From assembly GCF_009914755.1 (NCBI RefSeq), contig NC_060929.1: DNA of 64,000 nucleotides; one strand, 5' to 3'. Positions within the stretch are counted from its first letter, which is position 1, and each line of letters opens with the position of its first letter. The translations under genes were made by a program, and so were the position numbers. Source of the stretch: the human T2T-CHM13v2.0 reference genome, Homo sapiens. Positions 1 to 24,481 of the stretch are shown here, piece after piece. The notes under the pieces were generated by a model. That model searched no databases. It saw only the letters and a program-made list of their open reading frames with translations, and was not told the DNA's origin.

Positions 1-1050
1 ACTCAGACGCAGGCAGCGGAGGCCGGCGGGCTTCTGGGCTCACTGAGAAAGTCCAGAGGCAGGACGGACCCACGCGGGCTCCGAGCAGGCCCCGTTGGGG
101 GCTCCGACCCACGGCCCTACCCCTCCCAGCAGTGCCCACAACCCCAGGTCCTCTCCAGAATCCCCAGGGGCGTTCCGGGCCGCAATCCCTTCTCGGCTCG
201 GGCCCCTCCACCAGCCTCCAGCGCTCGGGCCCTGCGCTCAGGCACCTGCCTGCCTGCGCCGGGGTCCCCATTCCGGCCCGCGCGGAGGCCCCAGCGCGCT
301 CCTGCGGCCTCAGCCCGCCTGGCTGCCCCGTCGCCCGGCACAAGGGCAGGAAGCGCTCCGCGGCGCTCCCCGCTGCAAGGAAGGGGCTCCCGGCGCCCCT
401 CGCCCCGGCCGCCCCTGCCCGACGCCCCGCCTGCGCGGCGCCCCCTCACCTCAGGGCGTACGTACGACACGAAGGAGGGCTTGGGGGCCTTGGTGCCGCC
501 GCCACCGCCGACTACTCCTTTCCCCAGCATACCGCCGCCCTGGGAAGCAGCGACGCGCGGACGCAGAGGCGGCGGCTCGGGCTCCAGCTGGGGCAGCAGC
601 GGCGGCCACCAGCACTAGCGGCTGGGGCTCCGCCCATCCCCAAGGCCGCGACCGCCGCGATGCCGCCCGCATCCGGCTCCGCCGCTGACACCGCTCGCCC
701 CGCCCAGGCCCGTGGGCCCCGCCCATCCCGTGCGCGGGCCCAGAGAGCCGGGAGACCGCAACTGGAGGCCACGCCCCCCCATCACGTCAGGAGAGTTTGA
801 CCCGCCGAGATTCACCACCTTCCTGCGGCAGAGCCCGCCCTCATGCTTTCTCTGATTGGCCCGAGGCGCTGCCGGCCGAACCCCGCTCCCAACCCATTCT
901 TGAGTGCACTTGGAGAGATGTTTCCTCCAACCAATCCAGAGAGCGTTCTCTCCGGACTTTCCAACGATTGGATGGCGAGGATAAAACCGTCGTCCAATGA
1001 TCCTGCAGTCACCAAGTTGTCGTTAGCAGGGGTTCACGGCAGTCGTTTTC
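1..1050. promoter_or_regulatory. MTMR12: CpG island / MTMR12 promoter and exon 1-intron 1 region
   Basis: Very GC- and CpG-rich. GC boxes (CCCCGCCC near 698-705 and 717-724), CRE/E-box-like TCACGTCA 782-789, CCAAT boxes at 855-859, 931-935, 967-971 and 994-998; no TATA box. The exact TSS cannot be determined from sequence. Confidence 0.88.
450..530 (-). CDS. MTMR12: Myotubularin-related protein 12 (3-PAP), first coding exon; gene continues left of the window
   Basis: ATG at 530 encodes MLGKGVVGGGGGTKAPKPSFVSYVRPE, which I recognise as the MTMR12 N-terminus. 81 nt (phase 0) followed by the donor GAG|GTGAGG at 449-444, inside a CpG island. Confidence 0.95.
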
Positions 1051-1137
1051 TTCCGTTTGCTTGTGTCTTTGGAATAAAACGTCCAAAAATGGGATGTATG
1101 GAATCTTGCTATAGGAGTTCCCAACTTACAGCGATGA

Positions 1138-2097
<960 letters not shown>

Positions 2098-2840
2098 TCA
2101 AGTGTTAACAAGGCAGTGAGGAATAAGTTTGAGCGTTTGATAATAAAAGACTTTGTCAACTTCATTTTTCCAAACCTTTCCCTTCTTTGTGTTTCCAACA
2201 GGAAGAATATCAAGAGCCCTTAAGAGACTTCTATTTACTCTACGAAGTTATTGATAAAACCCTCATTTTTTAGTCAAGATTGCAAAGAAAATTCATTTCA
2301 GTTCTACATTTGGTGCCAAGCGTTGTTAGTTGCAGATAAATAAGATAGAATCCAGCTCTTAAGAAATTCAATCTAGTGGAAAAAAACATAAATATTTGCA
2401 GTTAATTTTTTAGGCGTCAGGCACTGTGCTAAGTACTCTCATTGGTGACCTTGATTTTTACCCTCTTAATCTCCATGTGCTCCCCCTTCCCAAATACACT
2501 CCAAGTAAATATAAAATCTTAGTGAAAACAAATGTGCTTGCTTTTGCAAACATAGTTTCAACGCAAGTCCTGCAGCTCCGTTTCCAGCTAGATTGCCACC
2601 TGTAAGCCAATATTTGGTATAGCTGTGCTGCAGCCGCCTCTGAGTTTCCTTATCCCAGTTTCCAGGTGACAAAACAGAGATGCAAGTAATTTGCCCAGGT
2701 CTCACAACTAGTCACTGAGAGAGCTGGGATTTCAACCCGGGTTTGTCTCATTCGAAATCCCAAGTTCTTAACATTATAATTATACAAATTAGAAAGGAGC
2801 ACAATGAAAGTGTGGTCAATTCTATTTGGGGAGTCCAAGT

Positions 2841-3103
2841 TGAGGCCATCCTTACAAGGTTGAGAAGAATTCTGCACAAAAATAGAGTTATAACTAAGCA
2901 TTAATCAGGCTGCAGTTCGGCCTGCTTCTTTGTATTAATAACTTCAGGTAACACTAGGTACTGACCATTTGCATCCCTGTTGTTTCAATAGGTAGGATTT
3001 CTGGCTCTGGAATCATAAGGGTTTTATTTAAGAATTGCTTAGGCAGATCCTACGTTCCAGCAGAACAGCCGACATCAACCAGTTTAAAGACCGCCCCCGC
3101 CCC

Positions 3104-3136
<33 letters not shown>

Positions 3137-3741
3137 ACACACACACAGGAACCGAATCAGTGCGAGAATACAATTTCTTCATCTCTCTGTCTCATGACTT
3201 TACCCTGCACTTTTCAACCAATTGATGATCTCCACACTTTGGTCCACTTCAAAACCCTTAAATACCCTAGCCCCAGGCAGGGTGCAGTAGCTCACACCTG
3301 TAATCCCAGCACTTTTAAAGGCCAAAGTAGGAGGCTCACTTGAGTTCAGGAGTTCAAGACCAGCCCAGACAATATAGTGAGGCCCTGTCTCTATGAAACA
3401 TTAAAAAATTAGTCAGGCATGGTGGTGCAAGCCTGTAGTACAAGGTACTCAGGAGGTTGAGGTGGAAAGATTGTTTGAGCCCAGGAGTTTGAGGTTACAG
3501 TGAACTGATAGGTCACTGCACTCCAGCCTAGGTGACAAAGCAAAATCCTGTCTCAAAAACCATCCCCCCGCAAAAAAACCCTAGCCCCAAACTCCTTGAC
3601 TCCTCAGGGAGATGAATTTGAGGTTTCCTCCTGTCTCCTCATCCAGCAGCCCTACAATTAAACCTCTTTCACTGCTGTAACCTGGTGCCTTGGTGTATTG
3701 ACTTGTCCAGTGCATTGGGCAACAAACCTATTATAGTTACA
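2841..3741 (+). mobile_element. ERV1-class solo LTR (subfamily uncertain, MER72-like) with internal (CA)n and an AluJ at 3276-3577
   Basis: TG...CA termini with a 4-bp TSD AAGT (2837-2840, 3742-3745); ATTAAA near the 3' end. The Alu is flanked by TSD ACCCTAGCCCCA (3264-3275, 3578-3589). Confidence 0.8.
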
Positions 3742-3962
3742 AAGTAAGGCTTCATAAAAAAAGATATTCTTCATGGGAGTGTTAAAGAATACTTTTCTTT
3801 GTCAAGACTAATATCATTATATTTTGCAGCAGTCTTCACTTTTCGAAGTAGAATGGCAGGGCAGATTTTTAGACACTGAGAAAATGTTTCCTTTCTTACT
3901 TTTCAAAGTATTTTGAATTTCCATGACCTTTCACCATAGTTGTTAGTAAATGTGACTATGTC

Positions 3963-5234
<1,272 letters not shown>

Positions 5235-5359
5235 AGCCTATTCCCTGTCTTATCTCTGTGTCTTTGGGCAAAGAACTTCCTCTCTCTGTGCCTCTATTTC
5301 CTCACCTCAAAATGAGGGTGACAACAACAATAATAACTACTTCACGGTGGTTAGGGGAC

Positions 5360-5391
5360 TGTATTAGGTTCTCTAGAGGGACAGAACTAAT

Positions 5392-5434
<43 letters not shown>

Positions 5435-5880
5435 GTGTATATATATAATACACGAGTATTAACTCGTGAGTTAATACTTAGTAATTATATATAAAGGGCG
5501 TTTATTAAGTATTAACTCACATGATCACAAGGTTCCACAATAGGCCGTCTTGCAGGCTGAGGAGCAAGGAGAGCCAGTCGGAGCTCCAAAACTGAAGAAC
5601 TTGGAGTCTGATGTTCGAGGGCAGGAGGCATCCCGCAAGGGAGAAGGATGTACGCTGGGAGGTTAGGCCAGTCTCTCTTTTCACATTTTTCTGCCTGCTT
5701 ATATGCTAGCTGCGCTGGCAGCTAACTAGATTTCGCCCATCCAGATTAAGGGTGGGTCTGCCTTTCCCAGCCCACTGACTCAAATGTTATCTCCTTTGGT
5801 AACACCCCCAAGACACACCCAGGATCAATACTTTGTATTCTTCAATCCAGTCAAGTTGACACTCAGTGTTAACCATCACA
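5360..5880 (-). mobile_element. MLT2A1-like (HERV-L) solo LTR inserted in a MIR
   Basis: Minus strand starts TGTGATGGTTAACACTGAGTGTCAACTTGA (MLT2A 5' end); internal (TA)n 5395-5433; 5-bp TSD GGGAC at 5355-5359 and 5881-5885; MIR-like sequence on both flanks. Confidence 0.88.
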
Positions 5881-6064
5881 GGGACTGTTCGGAAGATTAA
5901 ACAAGTTGATTCAGGTGATGTCTGGTACACAGCAAGAACTAAATAGGTGATAGCTATCCTCTGTATGATCTCACCAAGTAGAACGTAACTTACTCAGTTT
6001 CAGGGATTATAGAAGGAAAAGCAAAGTGACTCCTCCCTGCTAATTAACTATGGGACTTGGTTAA

Positions 6065-6755
<691 letters not shown>

Positions 6756-6896
6756 TAGATTTCAAATTTCTAGTTCACGACACCAAATTTCCCATCTTTC
6801 AAATCATCCTGTGTTATATAATTACTTTATCCTGACTTTCAACATCCATTTGTGGTCAGGTTAGTTTGCAATGTGATGATTCTGATAACTTGACGC

Positions 6897-8771
6897 TATT
6901 ATGAGATCCTCGGGCGTGTTGCTTTTCTGGCCAGAAGCCTCTGTGGCTGGTAGCACCTTTGCCTGAGTTTGGTTCGGGTCCCCTGGGCCCACTCATCCTG
7001 GCAGGCTGTTCAAGGCCTGCATTACCAGCCTCGATCCCCCGCCTTCAAAAAGACTGGAGAGGAGTGGCTAGGGGTGTGTGAGTGAGCGAGCACGGGATCC
7101 AGCCACTGTGCACAGTCAGGCATGCTGGCTGCTGCAGTGGGGCAGGTGGCTCCAGGTGCCAGCTCACTGTGAGGCTGCAGCTGAACCAGGTGCACTGCAA
7201 GCAGCTTCCATAGCTAGCACCAGGGAATGCGGCGGTGCCTGGAAGCTTGGAGGCTCCGGGAACCACTGGCCCCAAAGCAGGAGTCACAGCCCTGGCTTGG
7301 GTATCTCCCAGGTCTAGGCTCCCTGCAGGGCCACAGCTCTTCTCTCCTTCTCTCTTCTCTCCTCCTTGTGGCCCACAATATGGTAAGGGGCATGGTTCAG
7401 CCCTGTTTGTGTTACAGCTATTTTAGCGCCACCATTTGGCAGGTCCCAGGTTCTTGTCCTGCATCCGGGAAGAATGAGGTACGCAGACAAGTGGAGGGTG
7501 AGCAAGACGAAGAGAAGCTTTATTGAGCAATAAAATAGCTCAGAGGAGATCCACAGTGGGCAGCTCCTCTCCATAGTCAGGGTGTCCCGATGAGTGTTTA
7601 GCTCTCAGCAGACAGGGCAGCTCTTCTCTGCTGTGCAGGTCGTCCTGATGAGTGTCCAGCTGTCAGCAGAGAGAATAGCTTCTCTCTGCAGCTGGTCACC
7701 CCGTCATTTTCCATCATTTCTCCATCCTCTGCTGGAGTCTGGCTGAGTCCGGGGATTTTTATGGGCCTCAAAGGAGAGGAAGTGCATGCTGACTGGTCCA
7801 TGGTAGGCCATGGGCAGGCCCAGGAAAAAGTACCACAAGTTCCCCCTGTGGTCCAGGGGCCTGGTGGCCTGGCCCCCAGACTTCAGGCCCTCCCTGGTTT
7901 GAAGGTGGGACTTCACCAGGGTCCACCCCCTTCTGCCCAGGAGCCTGCCTGCCTCCTGCTGCTGTTCATGGCGCCCAGGCTATTCATGCCAAGGGGCACC
8001 TGCAGGCCAGTGCTGGGCCTGTTCTCAGCACTTCCTTGGCCTCTTTCCCATGCTTGTCAGTACCCAAAGTCTGGAGGGGGCCGAGGTGGCAGAGGGCTGG
8101 TGTGTCAGTGCTGCTTCAAGAGTGTGCACACCCAACGGGGCTGTGACAGCACCCATGGTCAGCCTCAACTCCACCCCATGATCAGAGGGTGTGCCAACAA
8201 CAGGAAGAGGCCAGGAAGCAGGAGCAGACACCTGCACGGGAAAAGGGGGCCTTCTTGGGCCCGCCAAAAGTGCAGAGATGCCTGGGTCCGCAGCCGCAAC
8301 CTGGGTGGCTGCAGCCACTCCTGGGAGGGTGGGGCTCCTGCCTGCTTCTGGCTCCTGCTAGCTCCCTATAGTGCAGCACCACCCCGGGCCCAGCTCTGCC
8401 TTAGGGCCCCTCTCTGCCCGCCCCTCTGTACCCGACCATGCTGCTCCCCAGCCAGTGGGCAGCAGGCTGTGGCACGGGTGGGTGCTCCTAGGGGTGGGCT
8501 CTGGGAACCATCTGCCTCCTTCCCACACCCTCGCCACAGTGGTGGCAGGTGAGAGTGGCAACACGGGGCCAGGAGCCAGAGCAGTGGAGGCTCCGAGCCT
8601 GGGAGTGGGTTCTGCCTGGCTGTTTGAGGGTGGGGGAGTGCAGTCGGCTGCCTCAGGGACACAGGGGTCCTGCCACTCTCACAGCCACTCCTGCCGCCAC
8701 TGCCTGTAATGCCCCCAGTCCCAGCCGGTGTGATGGCAGTGGCTGCTCCAGATGGCCCGCTGCTGCCATCA
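6897..8771 (-). mobile_element. MER52-family (MER52A-like) long GC-rich solo LTR
   Basis: About 1.9 kb GC-rich LTR. Minus strand begins TGATGGCAGCAGCGGGCCATCTGGAGCAGCC; polyA signal TTTATT at 7519-7524; near-TSD ACGC/ACAC. Explains the many spurious ORFs here. Confidence 0.8.
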
Positions 8772-8855
8772 ACACTACTACTAGATCCATATACTTCCAG
8801 AAAACTATAGCTAACAAGTGAGGAAAGTTTTTAAAGACTGAAAGGCCAGCTGCTT

Positions 8856-10661
<1,806 letters not shown>

Positions 10662-10666
10662 TGCTG

Positions 10667-11750
<1,084 letters not shown>

Positions 11751-11791
11751 ACTTCCAGAATCAGTTTTGATGCAGTGATGAAAACCCACGC

Positions 11792-16974
<5,183 letters not shown>

Positions 16975-18164
16975 CTCTTTCTGAATTCTTAAGCATCTAG
17001 AATCTGTTTGCTATCTTAGTCTGTCCACGTGAATATGTCTCGGATTGACTGGTATAGGTCCGTGTCTTTTCTTCTTGAGAGCTACTGCGAGCTCCTCACG
17101 GTCAAAGTCCCCTCCTGCGCTCCCCAATATGCCCTGTTCCCAAAGTGCCGTCCTCAGTGCTTTGAGTAGATCAGCAGATGGACAGAAAAGCCTTCAGGAC
17201 TTGACTGAACCATGGGAGCCGCGGGGACGAGGACACTGTGCCCTCTACAGGACGATTTCAAAAGTGGTGGCAAGAAAGGTATTCTCAGCACAGACTGGGA
17301 AATTCTCCCACGTAGCTGCACAGCATAAAGGAAAATGACAAAGGAGGCTGGGCCTGGTCCTTCCCTGCCCTCTGTCACCAGGCCTCCTCTGGGCACACTT
17401 ACTGGGCCCACAACCACATCAGGCATGGAGTGGAAACTCGGCTTGAGCTGCAGGCCACCTGGGCGCTATAGAACTGTAACTCCCAGGGCTGGGAGAAAAC
17501 TCATTTTGAAGGTGGGGTCACAGGGCCCAGAGAAGTAAAACAACTCGCCCAGGATCACAGTGCTGGTCAGTGCCACCCTGACACTTACTCCGACCATGTA
17601 ACTTCTGAACCTTGATTCTAAGCCAAGTGGTCTGATGTAGGCAACTGAATGTGGTTATTTCTGAGCTTTTTCTTTGTCAATCCAGGCCTTATGAGCCAGT
17701 CACAGTTCATTTCCAGCTCCTCTCTCTGTTTTCCTCCCTCTCCCCTTTGGGCTGAATTGAAGGCTCTAGGAGTGCGCAGAGCCTCTATTTGGGATGGGAT
17801 GGGTGGGGTTGCCCATCTCCCTGACTTGGGTCCCAGGGCTGGGCTTGTCCATTCCTTGGCAGGGAAGGTGCTTGGCTTGGAGGGTGCTAACTCAGGCCTG
17901 CCATCACTCCTTCCTGCTCCCGTGCAGCTCGCTGCTTCCTCAGAGATGCAGCTAAGTCCTTTCTCACCCTTTGGCTGGCTTATGCCATGTCCTTGAACCG
18001 GTGTGCTCATTTCCTCTGCTGGGCGGCCTCCCAGTTGCACCTTGGCTCTCTCTCCTAATTACTTGCTGTGTCTCACTTGAGGGCCGTGGAAAACTTGGGA
18101 GACATAGAGACAAGCTCTGCAGCACCTGGAAAGACCATGGCTCCATTTCAACCACTCCATACCA

Positions 18165-18238
18165 TGCGTGTGCATGTGTGCACATGTATGCATGTGTGTG
18201 TGTGTGTGCATGCAAGTATGTGTGTGCGTGCGTGTGTG
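18165..18238. repeat. Degenerate (GT/GC/AT) alternating purine-pyrimidine microsatellite
   Basis: tgcgtgtgcatgtgtgcacatgtatgcatgtgtgtgtgtgtgtgcatgc... Confidence 0.85.
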
Positions 18239-20063
18239 GCAGGGTCGAGGGAGTTGGTCAGGAGGTCCATCAGCTACAAAACTCTCAGACAGAGGTGCAG
18301 GACTCAGGCCCCTTCTTCTCTCATATCCCCCAAATGACAGGCAAACTGTGGGGAGGTGATAAGTGGAATGACACTACCTCCTTCTCCCTGCGCTCTTTCC
18401 AGACCTGTCTCTCTCCTGGCTCAGAGCCCTCATGGTGCGTGTATGTGTATGTGTGCCTGGTCATGTTGGGAGGGAAGAGAGTTGGGATGTAGGAGAGGGA
18501 AGTAGCAGCTAGAAAAACCTGTTGTGCTCCCCATTTAAATTTCTCTTGACTCATTCCAGGATAATAGAGGTCAAGTTCAGGCATCTGACTTAGGGATGAT
18601 CTCCATCCAGGAGGGAGGAATGAAGAAGCTTGTTGATGTCTCAAATTATTAAGATTGACACAATTAAATGCTTTACATGTCATTCAATCAAACAAAGGCT
18701 GCGCATCACAAATAAAAATAATGTGTTCTTCTGGATTTTATCTGAGATCAAAGCATGAAGTTTAGATCTGAGAATTTCTGGCTGGGCTGAGCTGATCAGG
18801 GAAGGGTGAGAACAACCAGGCTGTCTGTTCTTCAAGTTGAAGGAAGATGACACTGAGACAATCTTCTCTTCCTTCCAAATTTTGTTCAGGGCTGAATAGG
18901 GTTTGAAAACCTGGAAGAAGAATGAGAAGACACCTCTTTTCCGCAGAGGAGGGCTGCTGGTGTTTGGAGCCTAATGATCTTAGAAAGAAGGAAGCTGTTG
19001 CTGACTTAGGGGTTGGGAGAATCTTCTCAAATAAAAACAGGCCAGGCGTGCCTCCCTGCTGGGATACTGGATCTTTGCTTAAAGTGCAGTTAGACCTGTT
19101 TTGGGCTTGGCTAACCGTTCCTACTCACTGAAGAGCTGAAGGGCTTATTGTTCAGGTGGCTGTAAAAGAACCCGGAGGTTGTGAAAGGCCCACTGTTTAA
19201 TATTTGTAAAGGTCATCTGCCTCAAGGTTAAAATGTAATCAAACAATTTTTTTAAAAATCCTTTTTGTCCAAAGGTAAAAAAGAGAACATAAGGAATAGA
19301 AATTGTTAAGCTGCAAAGAAACATCTCTGTATTTTATAGACTAACTTTTCTGCTTGGGCGTTGTTCATGATCAGCCATTTCCCTGTCCCCCTACCTCCCT
19401 CCAGAACACTGGAGTCTATTCACCATTCATTCACCTGGCCTCTGGAACGGGTTCTGAGAGCAGCCAAGTACAGCACCAAACAAGGCAACCTCAGACACTG
19501 CAAATATCTTACACACGTTTAAGTTGTCTGAAAAGAAGTTTTATGGCTTAGCTGAACTGGGAGCCAGAAAGGGGGCGGGGAGCGGGAGGAGTCCATTTAT
19601 TTTCTCACCTCATGTGAGACGACATCAACTGAAAAGAAAATGACAAGAGAAACTCAGTTTGGAACAACGTAGGGGCAGAGAAGTAATCCATTCATTTTTA
19701 GAAAGCTCTGTTCTCCTTTTTTACTGGTCTCTTCATGTCACCAAGACAACACCTTTCCCCATCCCAGAGGAAAGACTCTGTCACACTCGGTCAGAGAAGA
19801 AGCATCTCACAAAGGTCTGTGAGGCTGAACTCAGAAAAAAAGCAGGACATGCATATATGTGGGGAGGTGAGAGCAAGGACTTTGCTCTGGAGGTTACTGT
19901 TGGTTATAACACAGGGAGAAGTCAAAGACAAGACAAGAAGGACGGGTTGGAGCCACAGTTGATGGGGCTTTGAATACCATGCTAAAAAGTTTGCAATTTA
20001 TCCTTAAGCATGTTGCAATTTATCCTTAGGATAAGTTTTACGCCTTTTAAATTTAAATTTTAT

Positions 20064-21253
<1,190 letters not shown>

Positions 21254-21427
21254 GCACTCTCCTTTTGACTTACTGGTCTATATATTAATTTAGATGATTG
21301 GGCTGTATTTCATTAAAGTCCTTATGGGACAATTTCAATTGTTTTTAATGTTGCACACTTGCCAATAATGCTTCAGTATATATATATATATATATACACA
21401 CACACATGAATTTATAATTCTGTACAC

Positions 21428-22189
<762 letters not shown>

Positions 22190-22749
22190 ATTCCCTCCTT
22201 TTGGTCATTTTCTCAATTTTAAAAGATTGACTAAAACTTTAGTCATTGATGTCACTATCACCATCATAAATGTATTTATTTGATTTTGAAACCCACTGGG
22301 AAACAGAACAGTGAGTTTTGCAAAGGTAGGAGCAAGGACTGAGTAGAGGGTATCTACCTATGTTGGAAGGTCCCATTTTTAGAAGAAAAACAAAACCTGG
22401 TGTGTTCTGGTTTAGTGTTTATGTGTTTCCTTAAAATTTTAGTTTGATTATGTCACGTTTAGCATGAGTGACTCCACTTTTGTTTAGTTTGGTCTGTTTG
22501 GGGTCTAGTATATGAGTTCAGTCCAAAACAATGGCCTCCCATAATTTTGTTTAAAAATTCCCCCTTTTTGGTCAGGTTCTCACTTAGGTGAGCGTGTGAC
22601 CACAATTTAGGGCCTTAGCGTCACTCTCAGTTACTACCATTTTGCATTTCTGATCTCAGTATGTCATTCATAGGTTATAGTGTCCTCATGGCCGTATACT
22701 TCTTTCAGTTTTTGTCATTCCAGTTGAAGAGAGACAATTTGACATTTTA

Positions 22750-23100
22750 GAGATGGCTGTATGTAAACATTTAAAGCCTCTGAGAGAATACAGTGTACCA
22801 GGGAGACTATTATTATGACTATTGGGAGGATAATACCAAGAGTTTGGAGTATGTTCTTTATTCAGGGTCTCTATAAATGAAACCAGCTAAAATCAAATAG
22901 ATCGAAGAATGAGTTACATGAAGAGTCTACTCGCTTAAGTGGTCTTTTCATTAATTCCCTACAACTGAATTTTGATAATTTACATTTGATGTATTTCTCT
23001 ATAGGCCACAAGTGCCAGTAGCTGTACAGATACTTTTCTGTTTAGTCAATTCTACAATTTAGCATAATTTTTACGAGAGAGTTTAAAGTCTGTTGGGTAA
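22750..23100 (-). pseudogene. Decayed retroviral env TM-subunit remnant
   Basis: Minus-strand translation gives TQQTLNSLVKIMLNCRID* (heptad/ISD-like), QKSICTATGTCGL*RNTS (degenerate CX6CC) and NILQTLGIILPIVIIIVSLVHCILS (membrane anchor), in env order and just upstream of the PPT. Stops and deletions are present. Confidence 0.7.
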
Positions 23101-23718
23101 CTATAGTCTTTACAGTAGAACTCGTTATAGAGCCTATCATAAGGGATAGATTTCTAATCATTGTTTCTTTTATTCCAAACCGTGGGAAAAGAACCTAACA
23201 AATGATGTATTTTTAGGAGAGTGAAGGCCTCTTGGCAATGTTATCTTTAACCGATGATGTGGATTAAGAGGAATGAATCAATGTTCTGTTTCTGACTGAT
23301 TATGAGGCAACGTATGTACCATTAAAGTTTTTCACCTACCTTGGGTCTTTATCTTTTATCTGTCAAGGTATAAGGTTATCTGTGTATAAGGCTGGCTGTA
23401 AAATCATTTACAAATAAATGTATATCCCATAAGTGTGCATAACATCCCCTTTTCATCTCTATTGTTTATAGAGGCATAAATAAGGAAAAAGTATTCAAAG
23501 ATAAGAGTCTCATGATAGTGGAAGTCTTGATCTGTGATCTTGGGAAAAGTTGTTCACATCAAGGATTTCATCTTTTTCTGGGGATAAATTTCCCTGGTTA
23601 GTTTTACCTTCAGGGTTCTAATGGGTGTACAGTTCCAAGAGTGTGGAGGGACTCTTCTCAGTTGTAAGATTATAAACTCAAAGTTCAAGGTCTTGAAGTT
23701 TTGTTGCAGTGTGGATGG

Positions 23719-24481
23719 TGTCAATGAAAAGAGTCTAACTCTGTAAAATATTTGAGAAGATTTATTCTGAGCCAAATATGAGTGACCATGGCCTGTGCAC
23801 AGCCCTCAGGAGGTCCTGAGAACATGTACCCAAGGTGGTCGGGGAGCAGCTTGGTTTCATACATTTTAGGGAGGCATAGAGACATCAGTTAAATACATTT
23901 AAGAAATACATTGGTTTGATCCAGAAAGGTGGGACAACTCAAAGCGGGGGGCTTCCAGGCTATAGGTAAATTTAAACATTTTCTGGTTAACAACTGGTCG
24001 AGTTTGTCTAAAGACCTAGGATCAATAGAAAATAAACGTTCAGGTTAAGATAAAAGATTGTGAAGACCAAGGTTCTTTTGAAGTCTTATAGTGGCTGCCC
24101 TTAGAGACAATAGATGACAAGTGTTGCCTATTCAGATCTTTAAAAGGTGCTAGACTTTCAGTTAATCTCTTTAGGATTGGGAGAGCCTGGAAGAAAAAAA
24201 TCTAGCTATATTAATAGAGATTCTTTACAGATGCAAATTTTCCCCCACAAAGGACAGCTTTTCAGGGCCATTTCAAGATATGGCAAAGAAACATGTTTTG
24301 GGGTACAATATTTTGATTTTCTTCTTTGTCTTGTAATGCCAGAGTCAGGTTGGAAAGTAAGTCATGAATATAGGGTTAAATAAAACCCATCTGATGAGAA
24401 TTTATGGTTTGTAGGGCATGACTCCTCAGACCCCTTGGATAAGAATTTGGGCAAGATAAAAAAATTAGAGCTTAGTCTTCA
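23719..24481 (-). mobile_element. MER4E-like solo LTR nested in MER57-int
   Basis: TG...CA termini, exact 4-bp TSD ATGG (23715-23718, 24482-24485); minus strand begins TGAAGACTAAGCTCTAATTTTTTTATCTTGCCCAAATTC. Confidence 0.85.

Noticed and set aside
117-449. Extension of the MTMR12 ORF to 137 aa
   Set aside because: Reads through a consensus GTGAGG donor into GC-rich intron 1; not part of the protein.
95-800. Long plus-strand ORFs (197 and 222 aa) over the CpG island
   Set aside because: Non-ATG starts and low-complexity Pro/Ala/Arg content, as expected from stop-poor GC-rich DNA antisense to MTMR12 exon 1.
7761-8552. 263-aa ATG ORF
   Set aside because: Lies wholly within the GC-rich MER52 LTR (antisense); no recognisable domain.
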